Notes: a model not told the origin generated them from the letters alone. 64,000 nucleotides of DNA from a virus (IMGVR_UViG_3300041585_000108:11319-75318), one strand, 5' to 3'. Positions 36,342 through 46,813 are shown, counted from the first letter of the stretch. Program-made: numbers and translations.

Positions 36342-39300
36342 TATATATTTTTCCCCTGTCCAACCATTTTAACATTAACCTTAGCTTTTTGTCCAATAAC
36401 AACCTGTGCTTTTTGAATAATCATATTCGATAGTGCTTCAACATCCATCCCATCAGATGCATAAATATTTTGGTTTACAACATATGACGCCCCTGATGTT
36501 GATTGGCCACTTACATTAAATGATGATTGAGGAATCTTATATCGTGGAGAGGCGGCTGCCAACTTATTCATTATGTCATTTGGCATTATATTTGCAGGAG
36601 ATCCAAGGTGAACCATCTCTGGACCCTTTTCTCCAACCAAGAACATTCCTTTTCCGCCCATGACTCCTGTTGCTGCTTTGCCCATATAAACAACTTGCCC
36701 ACCACCAGCGCCACCAACTTTATACTTTTGGCCATTTATTTCAAATGTGTCTCCCAAATTTAATTTTTCTCTTTTAACGATTGCATTTCTAGCTTCAGCA
36801 TTAAGAACATCAACTTTTTTACCATCAAATGTTTTTGACTCCATGCTTTTAGAATAATCTCCAGTAACCTTTACATTCTTTTTTGCTTGTGGATCAATCC
36901 CTTTTACAGCGTTAACAACATCTGCCAAAGTCTTGCCACCCTTGATGCTATCAGCTAATGCCTGATTAACTCCAGAAGAAGCTCCAGATTTTGCAAGTAT
37001 TCCTAGTGCGTTTTGTTCAGGAGATACTGCAACCTTTCTAGTCATAAGCTCTGAGCCCACATATCCTGTTTGAGTTGCATATTTTGAAGACTTAACTCCA
37101 GTTGTTGTTTCTGTTGCTCCTACAAGCCCCGCAGCTTCTCTGCCGCCCTCAACTGTTGCAACATACTGCTCAATTGTTTTCCCTGCAGCAGCTGCATTAC
37201 CATACAAAGCAGTCATAGCATCATTTACTTTATTTATTGCAGCTTCTTGTTTAGTGTATTTGTCTCTAATCTTATCTAAGCTTTCACCAGCTAGGGCTGC
37301 TGAATTTGCAAGCTTTTCTTGTTTATTTGCCATTGCTTCCAAAGCAGCTTGCAATGGTTTATTTGCAGCCTCAGTTGCTTTATCAATTGCTCGTACTTGA
37401 GATTCTGTTTGTTGTTGTGAAGTCAGTGACTCTAAATCAATTCTTAAAGATTGTGCTTTTGCAGTGTCTCCAGTTGAAAAAGCGTTTTCCATTTCAAGTC
37501 TTGTTTTTTCAATTTGTCTTCCAAGATCTGCATCTGATTGTGCAGCAGTTAAGGCTTTCTTTCGTGCATCCGCTAACTTATTATTAGCGTCAACCTGCTT
37601 ATTAAGAGATTTAATTCTATCTTTGTCAGATATTTGTTCTGCTACAGACTGTCCCTTTAGCGCCCTGGTATACGACTTAATTTTTTCTTCTAGTAGCCCT
37701 AAGCTTGTATACTGTTCTTTTAATATGCCAATTTTATTTGTAGATTCAACGACTGATCTAATTTTACTAAATGCTTGAGAAAGCACAGCAGTTTGTGCTG
37801 CATTTAATTCAGATAAGTCTCCTTTATATCCCTGTGCTTGAAGTCTAATCTTTTGATACACACTAACAACAGTATCCAGTCCGTTAATCATTTTTTTAAC
37901 TTCTGGATTTGTTTTAGCCATTTCATCAACTGTACCTTGAGTAATTATAGCTCCAGCTTCTTTAGACTTATTGATTTTATCAATCATTATTTTTTCAGCT
38001 TCTGCATAAGTCAATGATTTTGTTTTCCCAGTTAAATCTTTGGCTACAAGTCTTTCTCTTTTTTCAATCAAGTCGTTGATTCCAGTTTCTGTAGCCATAA
38101 GAGCAGTATTTAATGAAGCCGCTTTTTCTTTATTGCCTTGGGTTTTAGTATCTGTTCCAAAGCTTTCTACAGATGAAACAGCAGAAGTTTGAGCATCTAT
38201 TATTGATCTAAATTTTGAGTTACCCATTGTTGCTGTAATTGATTGATCTTTTTTGTTAGATAATTGAAGCATAGTAAATACTTTTTTAGTTGCTTCATCA
38301 GCAGACATTCCAGCAGCGATTAGCTGCTCTTTAATTCTACGAACAGCATCTGGAACTTTAGTAGAAGGCTGTCTATCTAATGCTTTAATTTGTTCAGCAA
38401 AAGTTTCTTTAACTTCAACTTTTAATTTTTTGTATTCTGCAATAGTCATTTGAAAAGGAGTTCCGCCATCCTTCATACTTTCATAAACAAGTTTATTTGC
38501 AGCGGCCATGTCTTTTGAATCTTGAATGGTCTCTTTAATTTTTGAACCAAAATCTGTAAATCTAAGATTAGCTTTTTTAGCAGCTTCAGCAGTTAATCCA
38601 AAGGTTGATAGGTTTAGTTCTTGTCCTTCTTTATAATGCTTAAATGCTTTATACCCTCCATACAATGCTGCAGCAACGGCAGCCAATGGAAGTATCACTC
38701 CTGCTGCAGCGGCAGCGGTAGCACCAAATCCAGCTGTAACTGCTCCAGAACCAGCACTAAGCAGAGCTCTGCTAGCGATCATTTTGCTAGCTGATTGAAT
38801 TAATTGAGGGCCCGCCATCATTCCAACCATGCTTCCCATCATTGCGCCACTTGAGCCTCCAATCTTTCCTCCAATAGCCGTTCCTGCTGCCATTCCACCG
38901 ATGGTGCCCAACATCATTCCGCCAGCTCCAGAACCACGGGAAATTGGATTTCCTTGATCGTCTAGAGGCCTAGGCTTATTTAAAACAGCTCTTCCGTATT
39001 GAATCGGATTTAGCATAGCTCTTGTTGTATACCCAAGGTTTGCTTTGAAGCCAAGTCTAGCTGCATTTGGAACTCTTGAGGCCTCAACTTTGTTACCACT
39101 TGCGTCAATGTACCCTGGATTGAAAGCAACTCCTGGTGGCCTAGATGCCATTGTTTGTGGACTGAAATATGATTTTCTAACTTGCTCCATCTTTGATAAT
39201 GTTCTACGTGAAGAGTCAGCTAGCTTAGATCCTAATAAACTTATGCCTGCAGACAAATCAGATCCATACATTCTAGCACCTACAATTAATTGATTTGCAG

Positions 39301-42300
39301 AATACTTTAAAGTAGTAGCACTAAATTTAATGTTTTTTCCTAATGTAATTGCATCTTTTTTAACACTAGTGCCTAATGCATATAATGACATCTCTATCTG
39401 TTTTGCGGCTGATTTAAGTGCCGCTTGTGTTTTATTTAAAGATTCATGCCCTAATGTAAGCCCTGGCATGTAAGGCAAAGATCCTTGAACCCCATAAGAA
39501 TTTGTTCTAACTCCACGATTTCCTACAAATGTTGTTCTTGACCCAGATAGCGGACCATCTTTATATTCTGGTTGTGCAACTGGGGCTGGAACATATGCTG
39601 CCGCTTTAGCACGTTTTTCTGCCTCCTGCATTGCTCTTTGTGCTGGATTTCCACTGCGACCATAAGCATACTTTCCAGCTTTAATTATTCCGCCAAGCTC
39701 ATAGTTTGGAGCTATAGTACCACTTTGCTGAGGACTAAATAGTTCTGGACCTTTTTCTCCAACTATATATTTTTGTCCTGCTAAGACTGGACCACCCATT
39801 TCTCTTTTACCAGCAATGCCAAATATTTCTTTCTGTAGTAATGCTGTTAATGGAGTATCTTTTTTAGAATCCCAATTTAAATATTTTTTTCTAAGAATGT
39901 CTTTATCTATTGGGGAAAGCTGTCTAATAAAATTACGATCTGAGATTAAATTTGATGCAGCAGATCTAACTACAGAATCCATTACGTGTGGCTCTAATGC
40001 ATTTTTAAGAGACCCGCTTGCATCCTTTAAATATCCATATGGCTTTTCTTTAGCTAATGCTGCCGCAAATTTATCATAGAATAAATTTTGTGTATTTTTA
40101 GTTAGGCCAGATGTACCAAATAGTTTGTTTCCCATTCCAATTGTAAGAGAATTTACGCCCCATGGGGCTGACTCATACATGCTTGGCTTAGGCGCACCTG
40201 TTGGTCCAAAGCCTGCACCAATTCTGCGCATAGCCATAGATTTCATGACATTGCCAATTACGCCTCCAGCATTAAATTCATTAGCGTTTGATTTAAATGC
40301 ATTATCGCTTAACGATCTTGCGTGTCCTCTTTGTCTTATTCTTAAATCAGTTTCTGTTTTTAATTTAAGTAGAGCAGCTGGAGTTAATTGCTTGGATGCA
40401 GAAGTTTTTACAGCAGAATGAATTCCGTGGAATTCCTCCCAATTTACTTTTCTTCCATCTTCAAGTCTTTTTGTCATGGCTTTATAAAAAATAGCTTCTT
40501 CTTTGTTTAAATCAAATGATTTAATTGTTGCTTTCAGTTTTGGAAGAACTCGATCAATTTCGGAAATCATTTTTTCGTGATATTGTTTTGCCGTCATTCC
40601 TTTTGGTATTTCTAAAGTTGATTCGGCAAAGAATCTTTTTGCACCGCCCTTAACTCCAAGAAGGTTTATCCTTGCTTGATCAGACATTGATGGCATATTT
40701 GGTTCATATGGTCTAAGTCCAGATGCCATTTTAAATACACCAGCATTTCCCATATCGTTTAATGTTCCGCCAGATAAATTATCTCTACTTAAATCTTTAT
40801 CGCCTCTTAAATTGGCTGCAACTAATTGCTTAAAGTAGTCTTTTTCTGTAAATTTTCCAGACTGTTTTACAAATGCTTTATCGTATGGGGACTCCAATAC
40901 CAATAGCTTTCTTTTGCCAGTCGGGTCTGTTGGGTCAATCATAGTCCTTATTGTTTGAACTGGTGTTTTAAGTCCATGGGCTTCTCTTGCAATAATAGTA
41001 GCTCTTTGTTCTGCTAGTGCCGCTCTTTCATCCATAACTGGTTTAACAAATACTACTGATCCATCTGGCTTTTCATAAACTCCGCCAATGCCTGAAACAG
41101 GAAAACTTCTTCCAGATGTAGGAGATCTTAAAGTTCCAAAATCTGTTGGCTTCATTTTGGCAAATCTTCCAGACATAAGAGAAGCATTGATGTCTTCCAT
41201 GTTTTTTCTTGCTTTTCTTTGAGTTTCAACTGCTTTGATCCCTCTAGGCATTCCAAGGAACATTCTTCCATAGTTATATTTACCAGGTTTTACTGCTCCT
41301 CCAATTTCTCCGCCAGAGTTCATGGCAAGTCTTCCGCGGACAAAGAAATTAGCGCGTGGAGTAGGTGCGACTGGCTTTGGTTTTATTGATCGGGTTTTAG
41401 AAGCTTCAAAGACCCTCATGTTTCCACCTAGAGCTTTTACCAAGGATTCTGGTATTGGGCCTTTTCCATTCCATTTGCCAGTAGAAATAAATTCTTCTAT
41501 TTTTGGTAAATTTTTCATAAAATCATTTACATTTTTAAAGCCTAAATATTGTGAAACTCGTTTTGCTCTTAAGATTGCTTCATCTTTTGTTAATGGCACA
41601 TAATCATCAATTCCAAGTCTAGCTGTAAGGGATGCGGAAAAATTATTAAATGGGTCATGCATAGCTGATCCAGCATAACCCCGTGTTGCTATTGGCCCAA
41701 TTGATCTTTCTATATGAGCTCTATCTGCATTTGGATAAAGAGTAGAACGTGGAAATTTTCTTTTTAATATATTTACTATAATAAGTTTTGCTTCTCTGTT
41801 TTTTACATCAGATTGAGATATAGCTCTACGTCTTGCTGCCCATTCTTTATCATTCATCCCAGCGGGTCTTGTTTCAACAAGATCTGGAAAATTTTCTTTC
41901 ATTAATTTTTGTTGAGAGTCTGTATAAGAAAGCCCTACACCATCTCTTAAAAATGATTCATGACTAGCTAAAGAAGATTCTACAAGAAGTGTGGCTTTTT
42001 TAACTGCAATGTCTGGCGTCATTCTAGGATCTTTTGAATTTCTTAATATTGCAGTTGCATCATTTAATATTAAGTTTGGCTTAACGTCCGCCTGATAAGA
42101 TGAAGATGTTAAATAATCTAGATATTCTTTTGTGCGTGTTAGTGCAGACATGCCTACATATTGTGAGCTTGAGTTGCTAAATATTTCTGGTGGTTGTAGG
42201 CCGTATCTATTTTTATTAGACATAACCATTCCGCCAACAGCTTCTCCAGTACTAATTAAAGAGATTGGACGCTTTGTTTTATTTGCTACATCATAAGATT

Positions 42301-45262
42301 GTTTATTTTGCTGATATATCTCTGGGCTAACAACTGTTTCTCCTGGAGTTAATATTGCATCAATCATTCCGCCTGAATTATATCCTTGTCTTGCGGTTGA
42401 TACTAATTTTGGATTATTTTTAGAAGCTTCTTGATTTAATACAAATCCACCAAGGGGGACTTTTGCCATAGTATTATCATAGTTAATGCTTGTATCTCCT
42501 GGTACCACCGCTCCATCTTTTCCTGGATGGTAAACGTATCCTCCGCTATTTAATCCTCTTGGCTTTGTTGTTTGAATGCTGTATCCAGCGCCTGAAGTTC
42601 TAACCCCTAAACCTCTTGCTATTTGATCAACAAGTTTTGAAGTTTCTGTTTTGTGAAATAATTCCTTCATGTTTGATTTTCCAAGAGCGCTTACTACTGG
42701 CTGATTTGTAAGGGGAACCATTCCTAAATTTAATGTTCTTACTTGAGCCGTAGCAATACCCTGAGCTGTTTGAGCCATCATCGCTTCTACTCTTGCATTT
42801 AATGCAAATATTTTAGTTCTTGCTGCTTCAACAGTTAGCTTGCCAGCTTGAAGTTGATCTACTATCATTTCTGTTTCTTTGGCTGCTAAAGAAGTTATCT
42901 TTGTCATTTGTGGAAGAAGAGCTTGATAAGAATCAGTAATTGAAGCAGTCATTGTTCCAGTTGCAGCAATTTCTGTTTTAAGAAGAGCAATCTCTGCTTT
43001 TGACTGCATTGCAATAGCTGCAGTCATTGAGTGCCATTTGGCAGCTTCTGCTGAAACTACTCCAGTTGAAATTCCATTTATAGATGTTACTCCAGGAATC
43101 TTAGGCATATCTGTATTCATGTACACTTGTGGCGCATTTGAAATTCTTTGATTTACAGGCTTTGGTCCAGGAACGGTTGAGAATATTGTTTCGTTAGCTC
43201 TTTGCTCTGCGGTTTTTGATCCAGTTGGAATCATATGGGACATGTCTCTTGAATATGGCTTGCCAGCCAACGGATTATTTTTATCTACAATTCTTCCGCC
43301 AACACCCATTACTGGATTTCCTGCAACGGTGGACATACTATTTGAAGTTGCAATTGTAGATGACATTGCTGATTGTTTTAGCTTTTCAAATGAGGCTGCT
43401 AAGGTCATTACCGCATCAGAAAATGTTGCCGCAGCTTTTGTGTCGCTGTAGAATGATTCTTCTACTGTTTTAGCTGCTGCTGAAGCAGCCACTAACTCTG
43501 GAGTTAATAATTTAAATCCTGTTCCGCCCTTTCCAATATTCTTTAAAGCAAATATACCTTTGATTATGTAACCAAAAAAGTTTGCAAGCACACCCGTAAG
43601 CATGATTATAGGACCAGCGATTGCTACTAGCCCACCAATAAATCCAAGCACTGCTTTGATTGGGCCTGGAAGATTTCCAATAAACTTAAGGATTCCATCT
43701 ATTGCATTTAATACAAATGCTCCAACCTTTAAGAACTGCTCTCCAACGGTTGCAAGCTCTGCTTTGACTGACTCTAGTGCTCTTCTATATTTACCAGATG
43801 CCGATTCAGTAAGGGTCTTTAATTCTCGTTCAGAAATACTCGCAAGGTCTTGTGTGCTTGCTTTCATTAAGTCTAATACTTGTAGCGTCTGGCTTCCTTG
43901 CTTGCCTAAGTTTTCAAACAAAGCATTAATTCTTGCAAACTGAAACTTACCAAAAAGTTGTTCAATTGCTCTTGCTCTTTGTAGTGGCTCTAAAGAATCC
44001 AATGAGTCTTTGAGCGCCATGATTGTGCCAGTTAAGTTTCCAGCATTTTTATCTACAATTCCTGATAGATCAATTCCAAGTCCGTTAAACATCTCTTTTG
44101 CCACTTTAGTTGGATTGATTATAGATGCAAGTGCTGACTTTAATGCGTTAGCTCCTTCAGACGCATTAATTCCGCCTTCTCTCATTGCGGTGAGGTATAA
44201 AGCTAAATCTTGAATATCTCCACCTAATGCTTTAACAACTGGTCCCGCTTTTGGAATTGCTGTTACTAAATCTTCAAGTGTGGTAGATGTCTGGTTTTCT
44301 ACAGCGTTAAGAAAGTCAATTGATTCTGCAAGCTGTGATGTACTTTGGCCAAAAGCAGTTTGAATTGCTAAAGTAGCTTTCATTGCATCTTGTCTATCAA
44401 CTTCACCAAGTACGGCAAGTCTAGTTGTCTGTCTAGTAGAATCTAGTAACTCGGCTCCTTGCTTACCAGTTGCAGCAATATCTGCAGCCAATGATATTGT
44501 TTCTGTAAAGTTTGCGCCTAGGCTTGAAGCAAGTTCTCTAGATAAAGCAGATACATCTCTTCTAACCTGAAGAAGATCTTCTGTTGAGGTTGCTGTTAAT
44601 CCACCATAAACTTTTGTAAGTCTTACAAGCGCTTCATCTGCTTGCTTGAATGCTTTTGCTGCAGCCATACCAAATGCTGCTAGGGGTACTGTAAGTCCTA
44701 CTGTTAACTGACGACCCGCCCACTGAGTATTTTTACCCCAGTTAATTAATTGTCCTGCGCCATTATTCATCACTTTGTTCATGATTGAAAGTTCTTGTCT
44801 TAATAAAGCTGTTTTATTTTTAGTAGCATCTAGTCCAGATTGAACCATTACGTTATACTGCATTAGACCTTGAGCATTTTTACCAAGTGGTTGAACAAAT
44901 GCGTTCTCAAGCATTACCTGCTGTTTAGCTAAATCTTTAACTAATGAGCTAGTCTTTTGTGTGTGGCCTTGCCATGTTTTAAAGTATTGGCCAAGCTTCA
45001 TTTTTCCGCTATCTAAGTTCTGGCCAAACTTAGATACATCTGATGTTAGTGTTACAAAGTGTCTAGAAAACTGGCCAGTGGAGCGCATGGTATCGTCAAA
45101 CTGACGATTCATGACTCCTACCTGGCTAGTTAAGTTTTTGTTTAAACCTATAGTAGTAGTCTGCAGTTTTAGCATTTGTGCCGTCACTGCTTGTAACTGC
45201 GCTGTTAGGCTAGAAAAATTAGCCGTCGCGGTTATGTTGGTGACTATATTTTGATCTGCCAA
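36341..45262 (-). CDS. tape measure protein (TP901-like core) with internal inserted domains
   Basis: 2973 aa, Ala/Gly-rich helical; follows tail chaperones; GLTVPLAAFG, REGG...GANALKS, IEQLFGK, two VGEKGPE motifs. Confidence 0.92.
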   Translation of the reverse strand: MADQNIVTNITATANFSSLTAQLQAVTAQMLKLQTTTIGLNKNLTSQVGVMNRQFDDTMRSTGQFSRHFVTLTSDVSKFGQNLDSGKMKLGQYFKTWQGHTQKTSSLVKDLAKQQVMLENAFVQPLGKNAQGLMQYNVMVQSGLDATKNKTALLRQELSIMNKVMNNGAGQLINWGKNTQWAGRQLTVGLTVPLAAFGMAAAKAFKQADEALVRLTKVYGGLTATSTEDLLQVRRDVSALSRELASSLGANFTETISLAADIAATGKQGAELLDSTRQTTRLAVLGEVDRQDAMKATLAIQTAFGQSTSQLAESIDFLNAVENQTSTTLEDLVTAIPKAGPVVKALGGDIQDLALYLTAMREGGINASEGANALKSALASIINPTKVAKEMFNGLGIDLSGIVDKNAGNLTGTIMALKDSLDSLEPLQRARAIEQLFGKFQFARINALFENLGKQGSQTLQVLDLMKASTQDLASISERELKTLTESASGKYRRALESVKAELATVGEQFLKVGAFVLNAIDGILKFIGNLPGPIKAVLGFIGGLVAIAGPIIMLTGVLANFFGYIIKGIFALKNIGKGGTGFKLLTPELVAASAAAKTVEESFYSDTKAAATFSDAVMTLAASFEKLKQSAMSSTIATSNSMSTVAGNPVMGVGGRIVDKNNPLAGKPYSRDMSHMIPTGSKTAEQRANETIFSTVPGPKPVNQRISNAPQVYMNTDMPKIPGVTSINGISTGVVSAEAAKWHSMTAAIAMQSKAEIALLKTEIAATGTMTASITDSYQALLPQMTKITSLAAKETEMIVDQLQAGKLTVEAARTKIFALNARVEAMMAQTAQGIATAQVRTLNLGMVPLTNQPVVSALGKSNMKELFHKTETSKLVDQIARGLGVRTSGAGYSIQTTKPRGLNSGGYVYHPGKDGAVVPGDTSINYDNTMAKVPLGGFVLNQEASKNNPKLVSTARQGYNSGGMIDAILTPGETVVSPEIYQQNKQSYDVANKTKRPISLISTGEAVGGMVMSNKNRYGLQPPEIFSNSSSQYVGMSALTRTKEYLDYLTSSSYQADVKPNLILNDATAILRNSKDPRMTPDIAVKKATLLVESSLASHESFLRDGVGLSYTDSQQKLMKENFPDLVETRPAGMNDKEWAARRRAISQSDVKNREAKLIIVNILKRKFPRSTLYPNADRAHIERSIGPIATRGYAGSAMHDPFNNFSASLTARLGIDDYVPLTKDEAILRAKRVSQYLGFKNVNDFMKNLPKIEEFISTGKWNGKGPIPESLVKALGGNMRVFEASKTRSIKPKPVAPTPRANFFVRGRLAMNSGGEIGGAVKPGKYNYGRMFLGMPRGIKAVETQRKARKNMEDINASLMSGRFAKMKPTDFGTLRSPTSGRSFPVSGIGGVYEKPDGSVVFVKPVMDERAALAEQRATIIAREAHGLKTPVQTIRTMIDPTDPTGKRKLLVLESPYDKAFVKQSGKFTEKDYFKQLVAANLRGDKDLSRDNLSGGTLNDMGNAGVFKMASGLRPYEPNMPSMSDQARINLLGVKGGAKRFFAESTLEIPKGMTAKQYHEKMISEIDRVLPKLKATIKSFDLNKEEAIFYKAMTKRLEDGRKVNWEEFHGIHSAVKTSASKQLTPAALLKLKTETDLRIRQRGHARSLSDNAFKSNANEFNAGGVIGNVMKSMAMRRIGAGFGPTGAPKPSMYESAPWGVNSLTIGMGNKLFGTSGLTKNTQNLFYDKFAAALAKEKPYGYLKDASGSLKNALEPHVMDSVVRSAASNLISDRNFIRQLSPIDKDILRKKYLNWDSKKDTPLTALLQKEIFGIAGKREMGGPVLAGQKYIVGEKGPELFSPQQSGTIAPNYELGGIIKAGKYAYGRSGNPAQRAMQEAEKRAKAAAYVPAPVAQPEYKDGPLSGSRTTFVGNRGVRTNSYGVQGSLPYMPGLTLGHESLNKTQAALKSAAKQIEMSLYALGTSVKKDAITLGKNIKFSATTLKYSANQLIVGARMYGSDLSAGISLLGSKLADSSRRTLSKMEQVRKSYFSPQTMASRPPGVAFNPGYIDASGNKVEASRVPNAARLGFKANLGYTTRAMLNPIQYGRAVLNKPRPLDDQGNPISRGSGAGGMMLGTIGGMAAGTAIGGKIGGSSGAMMGSMVGMMAGPQLIQSASKMIASRALLSAGSGAVTAGFGATAAAAAGVILPLAAVAAALYGGYKAFKHYKEGQELNLSTFGLTAEAAKKANLRFTDFGSKIKETIQDSKDMAAANKLVYESMKDGGTPFQMTIAEYKKLKVEVKETFAEQIKALDRQPSTKVPDAVRRIKEQLIAAGMSADEATKKVFTMLQLSNKKDQSITATMGNSKFRSIIDAQTSAVSSVESFGTDTKTQGNKEKAASLNTALMATETGINDLIEKRERLVAKDLTGKTKSLTYAEAEKIMIDKINKSKEAGAIITQGTVDEMAKTNPEVKKMINGLDTVVSVYQKIRLQAQGYKGDLSELNAAQTAVLSQAFSKIRSVVESTNKIGILKEQYTSLGLLEEKIKSYTRALKGQSVAEQISDKDRIKSLNKQVDANNKLADARKKALTAAQSDADLGRQIEKTRLEMENAFSTGDTAKAQSLRIDLESLTSQQQTESQVRAIDKATEAANKPLQAALEAMANKQEKLANSAALAGESLDKIRDKYTKQEAAINKVNDAMTALYGNAAAAGKTIEQYVATVEGGREAAGLVGATETTTGVKSSKYATQTGYVGSELMTRKVAVSPEQNALGILAKSGASSGVNQALADSIKGGKTLADVVNAVKGIDPQAKKNVKVTGDYSKSMESKTFDGKKVDVLNAEARNAIVKREKLNLGDTFEINGQKYKVGGAGGGQVVYMGKAATGVMGGKGMFLVGEKGPEMVHLGSPANIMPNDIMNKLAAASPRYKIPQSSFNVSGQSTSGASYVVNQNIYASDGMDVEALSNMIIQKAQVVIGQKAKVNVKMVGQGKNI

Positions 45263-45265
45263 CTA

Positions 45266-45634
45266 CTACTCCCTTTTGTATCCGAGTCCCGCTCCGATAC
45301 CAAAACCTGCTTCTGATGCAAACTGTCCTTGTAGCGAAACTACATCTGACGCATTTGCGGTAATTCCTAAAGCTTTTCTTCTTACATCTTCAAAGCTAGT
45401 GTTTTGTTCTTCTTGCTCGCCACCTTCAAGTTCTACTCCTTGTATGGCGGCCAGAAACTTTCTTTTTTCTGATTCAGACTTTTGCATTGATTTAAAAGTT
45501 TGAATCAATTCTGGCATTGAAAGACTATCTTCCAATTCCTCGTAATTCTTATAGTTTCCTATTAAGAATACTTCTCCTTCTAGCGCAGCTAGATCTAGTT
45601 CTGACCAGCTAGAACCGCTGCTGCTAACAAATTT
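45266..45634 (-). CDS. tail assembly chaperone, -1 frameshift extension (gpT-like)
   Basis: The -1 frame is open from the slippery site through WSELDLAALEGEVFL... to the stop at 45266. Confidence 0.7.
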   Translation of the reverse strand, partial: KFVSSSGSSWSELDLAALEGEVFLIGNYKNYEELEDSLSMPELIQTFKSMQKSESEKRKFLAAIQGVELEGGEQEEQNTSFEDVRRKALGITANASDVVSLQGQFASEAGFGIGAGLGYKRE

Positions 45635-45927
45635 GGATCATCCATCTTTATTCCACCACATACTTCAAGGATTCTATTGATAGTCGGTACGTCAAGTACG
45701 TCTTCAAATGCATCTCTATCTGCTGTTAATTCTGGTAGCTGCTTTTCTAGTGCTACTGCACATGCATCAATCAAAATTGTAAGGGTTTCATCTTCTGTAG
45801 TTACATCAGCTGTTTTTGCAATTGCCGCCATAAATTTTCTAAGCTCTTTAATAGTTAAAGGCTTTAGCTTTACTGTTGCTCCATTTTGTAGCTGAATTTC
45901 TTCTACATCGTATACTGTTGTTGCCAA
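45595..45927 (-). CDS. tail assembly chaperone (gpG-like)
   Basis: Between major tail protein and TMP; AGGAGG SD. Confidence 0.8.
   Translation of the reverse strand: MATTVYDVEEIQLQNGATVKLKPLTIKELRKFMAAIAKTADVTTEDETLTILIDACAVALEKQLPELTADRDAFEDVLDVPTINRILEVCGGIKMDDPNLLAAAVLAGQN
45628..45634 (-). other. -1 programmed frameshift slippery heptamer A AAT TTG
   Basis: X XXY YYZ in the 0 frame; lies between a -1-frame TGA and the 0-frame TAG. Confidence 0.65.
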
Positions 45928-45982
45928 TTTATATCCTCCTAGGATCGTCTATATTATTGTATCATAATGAAAATATCATAGC

Positions 45983-46020
45983 AATAAAATACCCCCTAAG
46001 AAATTAGGGGGTATTTTATT
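45983..46020 (-). terminator. terminator after major tail protein
   Basis: Perfect 17-bp arms AATAAAATACCCCCTAA / TTAGGGGGTATTTTATT with 4-nt loop. Confidence 0.85.
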
Positions 46021-46035
46021 ATTTAATTGTATTAA

Positions 46036-46731
46036 TTATATTGGTAGAGCTAGAACGCGGTCTACGATGAAACCATATTCTTGATTAACGTTTGCGGTCG
46101 CACCGTCTGGAAGCAAACGAAATGTAACTGGGAATGTTGATGCTGCGTTACGAGCCAAAGAGAACTGTGACTGTTGTACAGAAAGAACACGGCGTGCATA
46201 ATATACGCGCTCAGTTGCTGTTACTTGAGATGTTGGAGCTTGACCAACTGCAATTAGCTGACGCTCTGTTGGAGCCTCACCTAGTGCACCTCCAGCAATA
46301 CCAAGCGTATCAATAGTTGATAAACCCGATCCCACATCGGGAATAAGAGTCCCTTGGCGCTGACCAAATACTAGAAGAACGTTCTCTAGAGTACCTTCTG
46401 CCATTTCTGTTGCGATCATAACTTCCATTGACTCCTTGAAAAGCTTTGCTGTATCAAGAAGCTGATCTACTGTAACTGAACCGTATGATGGGTTATATGT
46501 TACCTGAAGACCGTTATTTGTAAAACCAACGTTGCGATATCCAAATGTACCAGTTACCTGGTCGATATTATTAAGTGTCTTGGTAAAAGACTGACCAGCC
46601 ACAAAAGCATAAGCGCCTGTGCCTGGAGATTGGTTTTCTAAGTATCCTGCTGTAGTGACGTCAGTGTTCGAAAGGAACAGTGGTGACGCACCAACAAGAA
46701 TATTTTTAGCATTACCTGTATTTTGTGCCAT
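46036..46731 (-). CDS. major tail (tube) protein
   Basis: NILVGA, VGFTNNGLQVTY, VDQLLD, FPVTFRLLP; AGGAGG SD; own promoter and terminator. Confidence 0.82.
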   Translation of the reverse strand: MAQNTGNAKNILVGASPLFLSNTDVTTAGYLENQSPGTGAYAFVAGQSFTKTLNNIDQVTGTFGYRNVGFTNNGLQVTYNPSYGSVTVDQLLDTAKLFKESMEVMIATEMAEGTLENVLLVFGQRQGTLIPDVGSGLSTIDTLGIAGGALGEAPTERQLIAVGQAPTSQVTATERVYYARRVLSVQQSQFSLARNAASTFPVTFRLLPDGATANVNQEYGFIVDRVLALPI

Positions 46732-46813
46732 TTGTAAAACCTCCTGTTAAATAAATATATATATATTGACTTACTTTAAATCAAGCTGGCTAGGCTCATT
46801 TCCTCTTAGTATA

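Noticed and set aside
46745-46810. Major tail gene 5' UTR with (TA)n run and a weak hairpin as a possible ncRNA or riboswitch
   Set aside because: Pairing is short and AU-rich; there is no recognisable family without comparative data.
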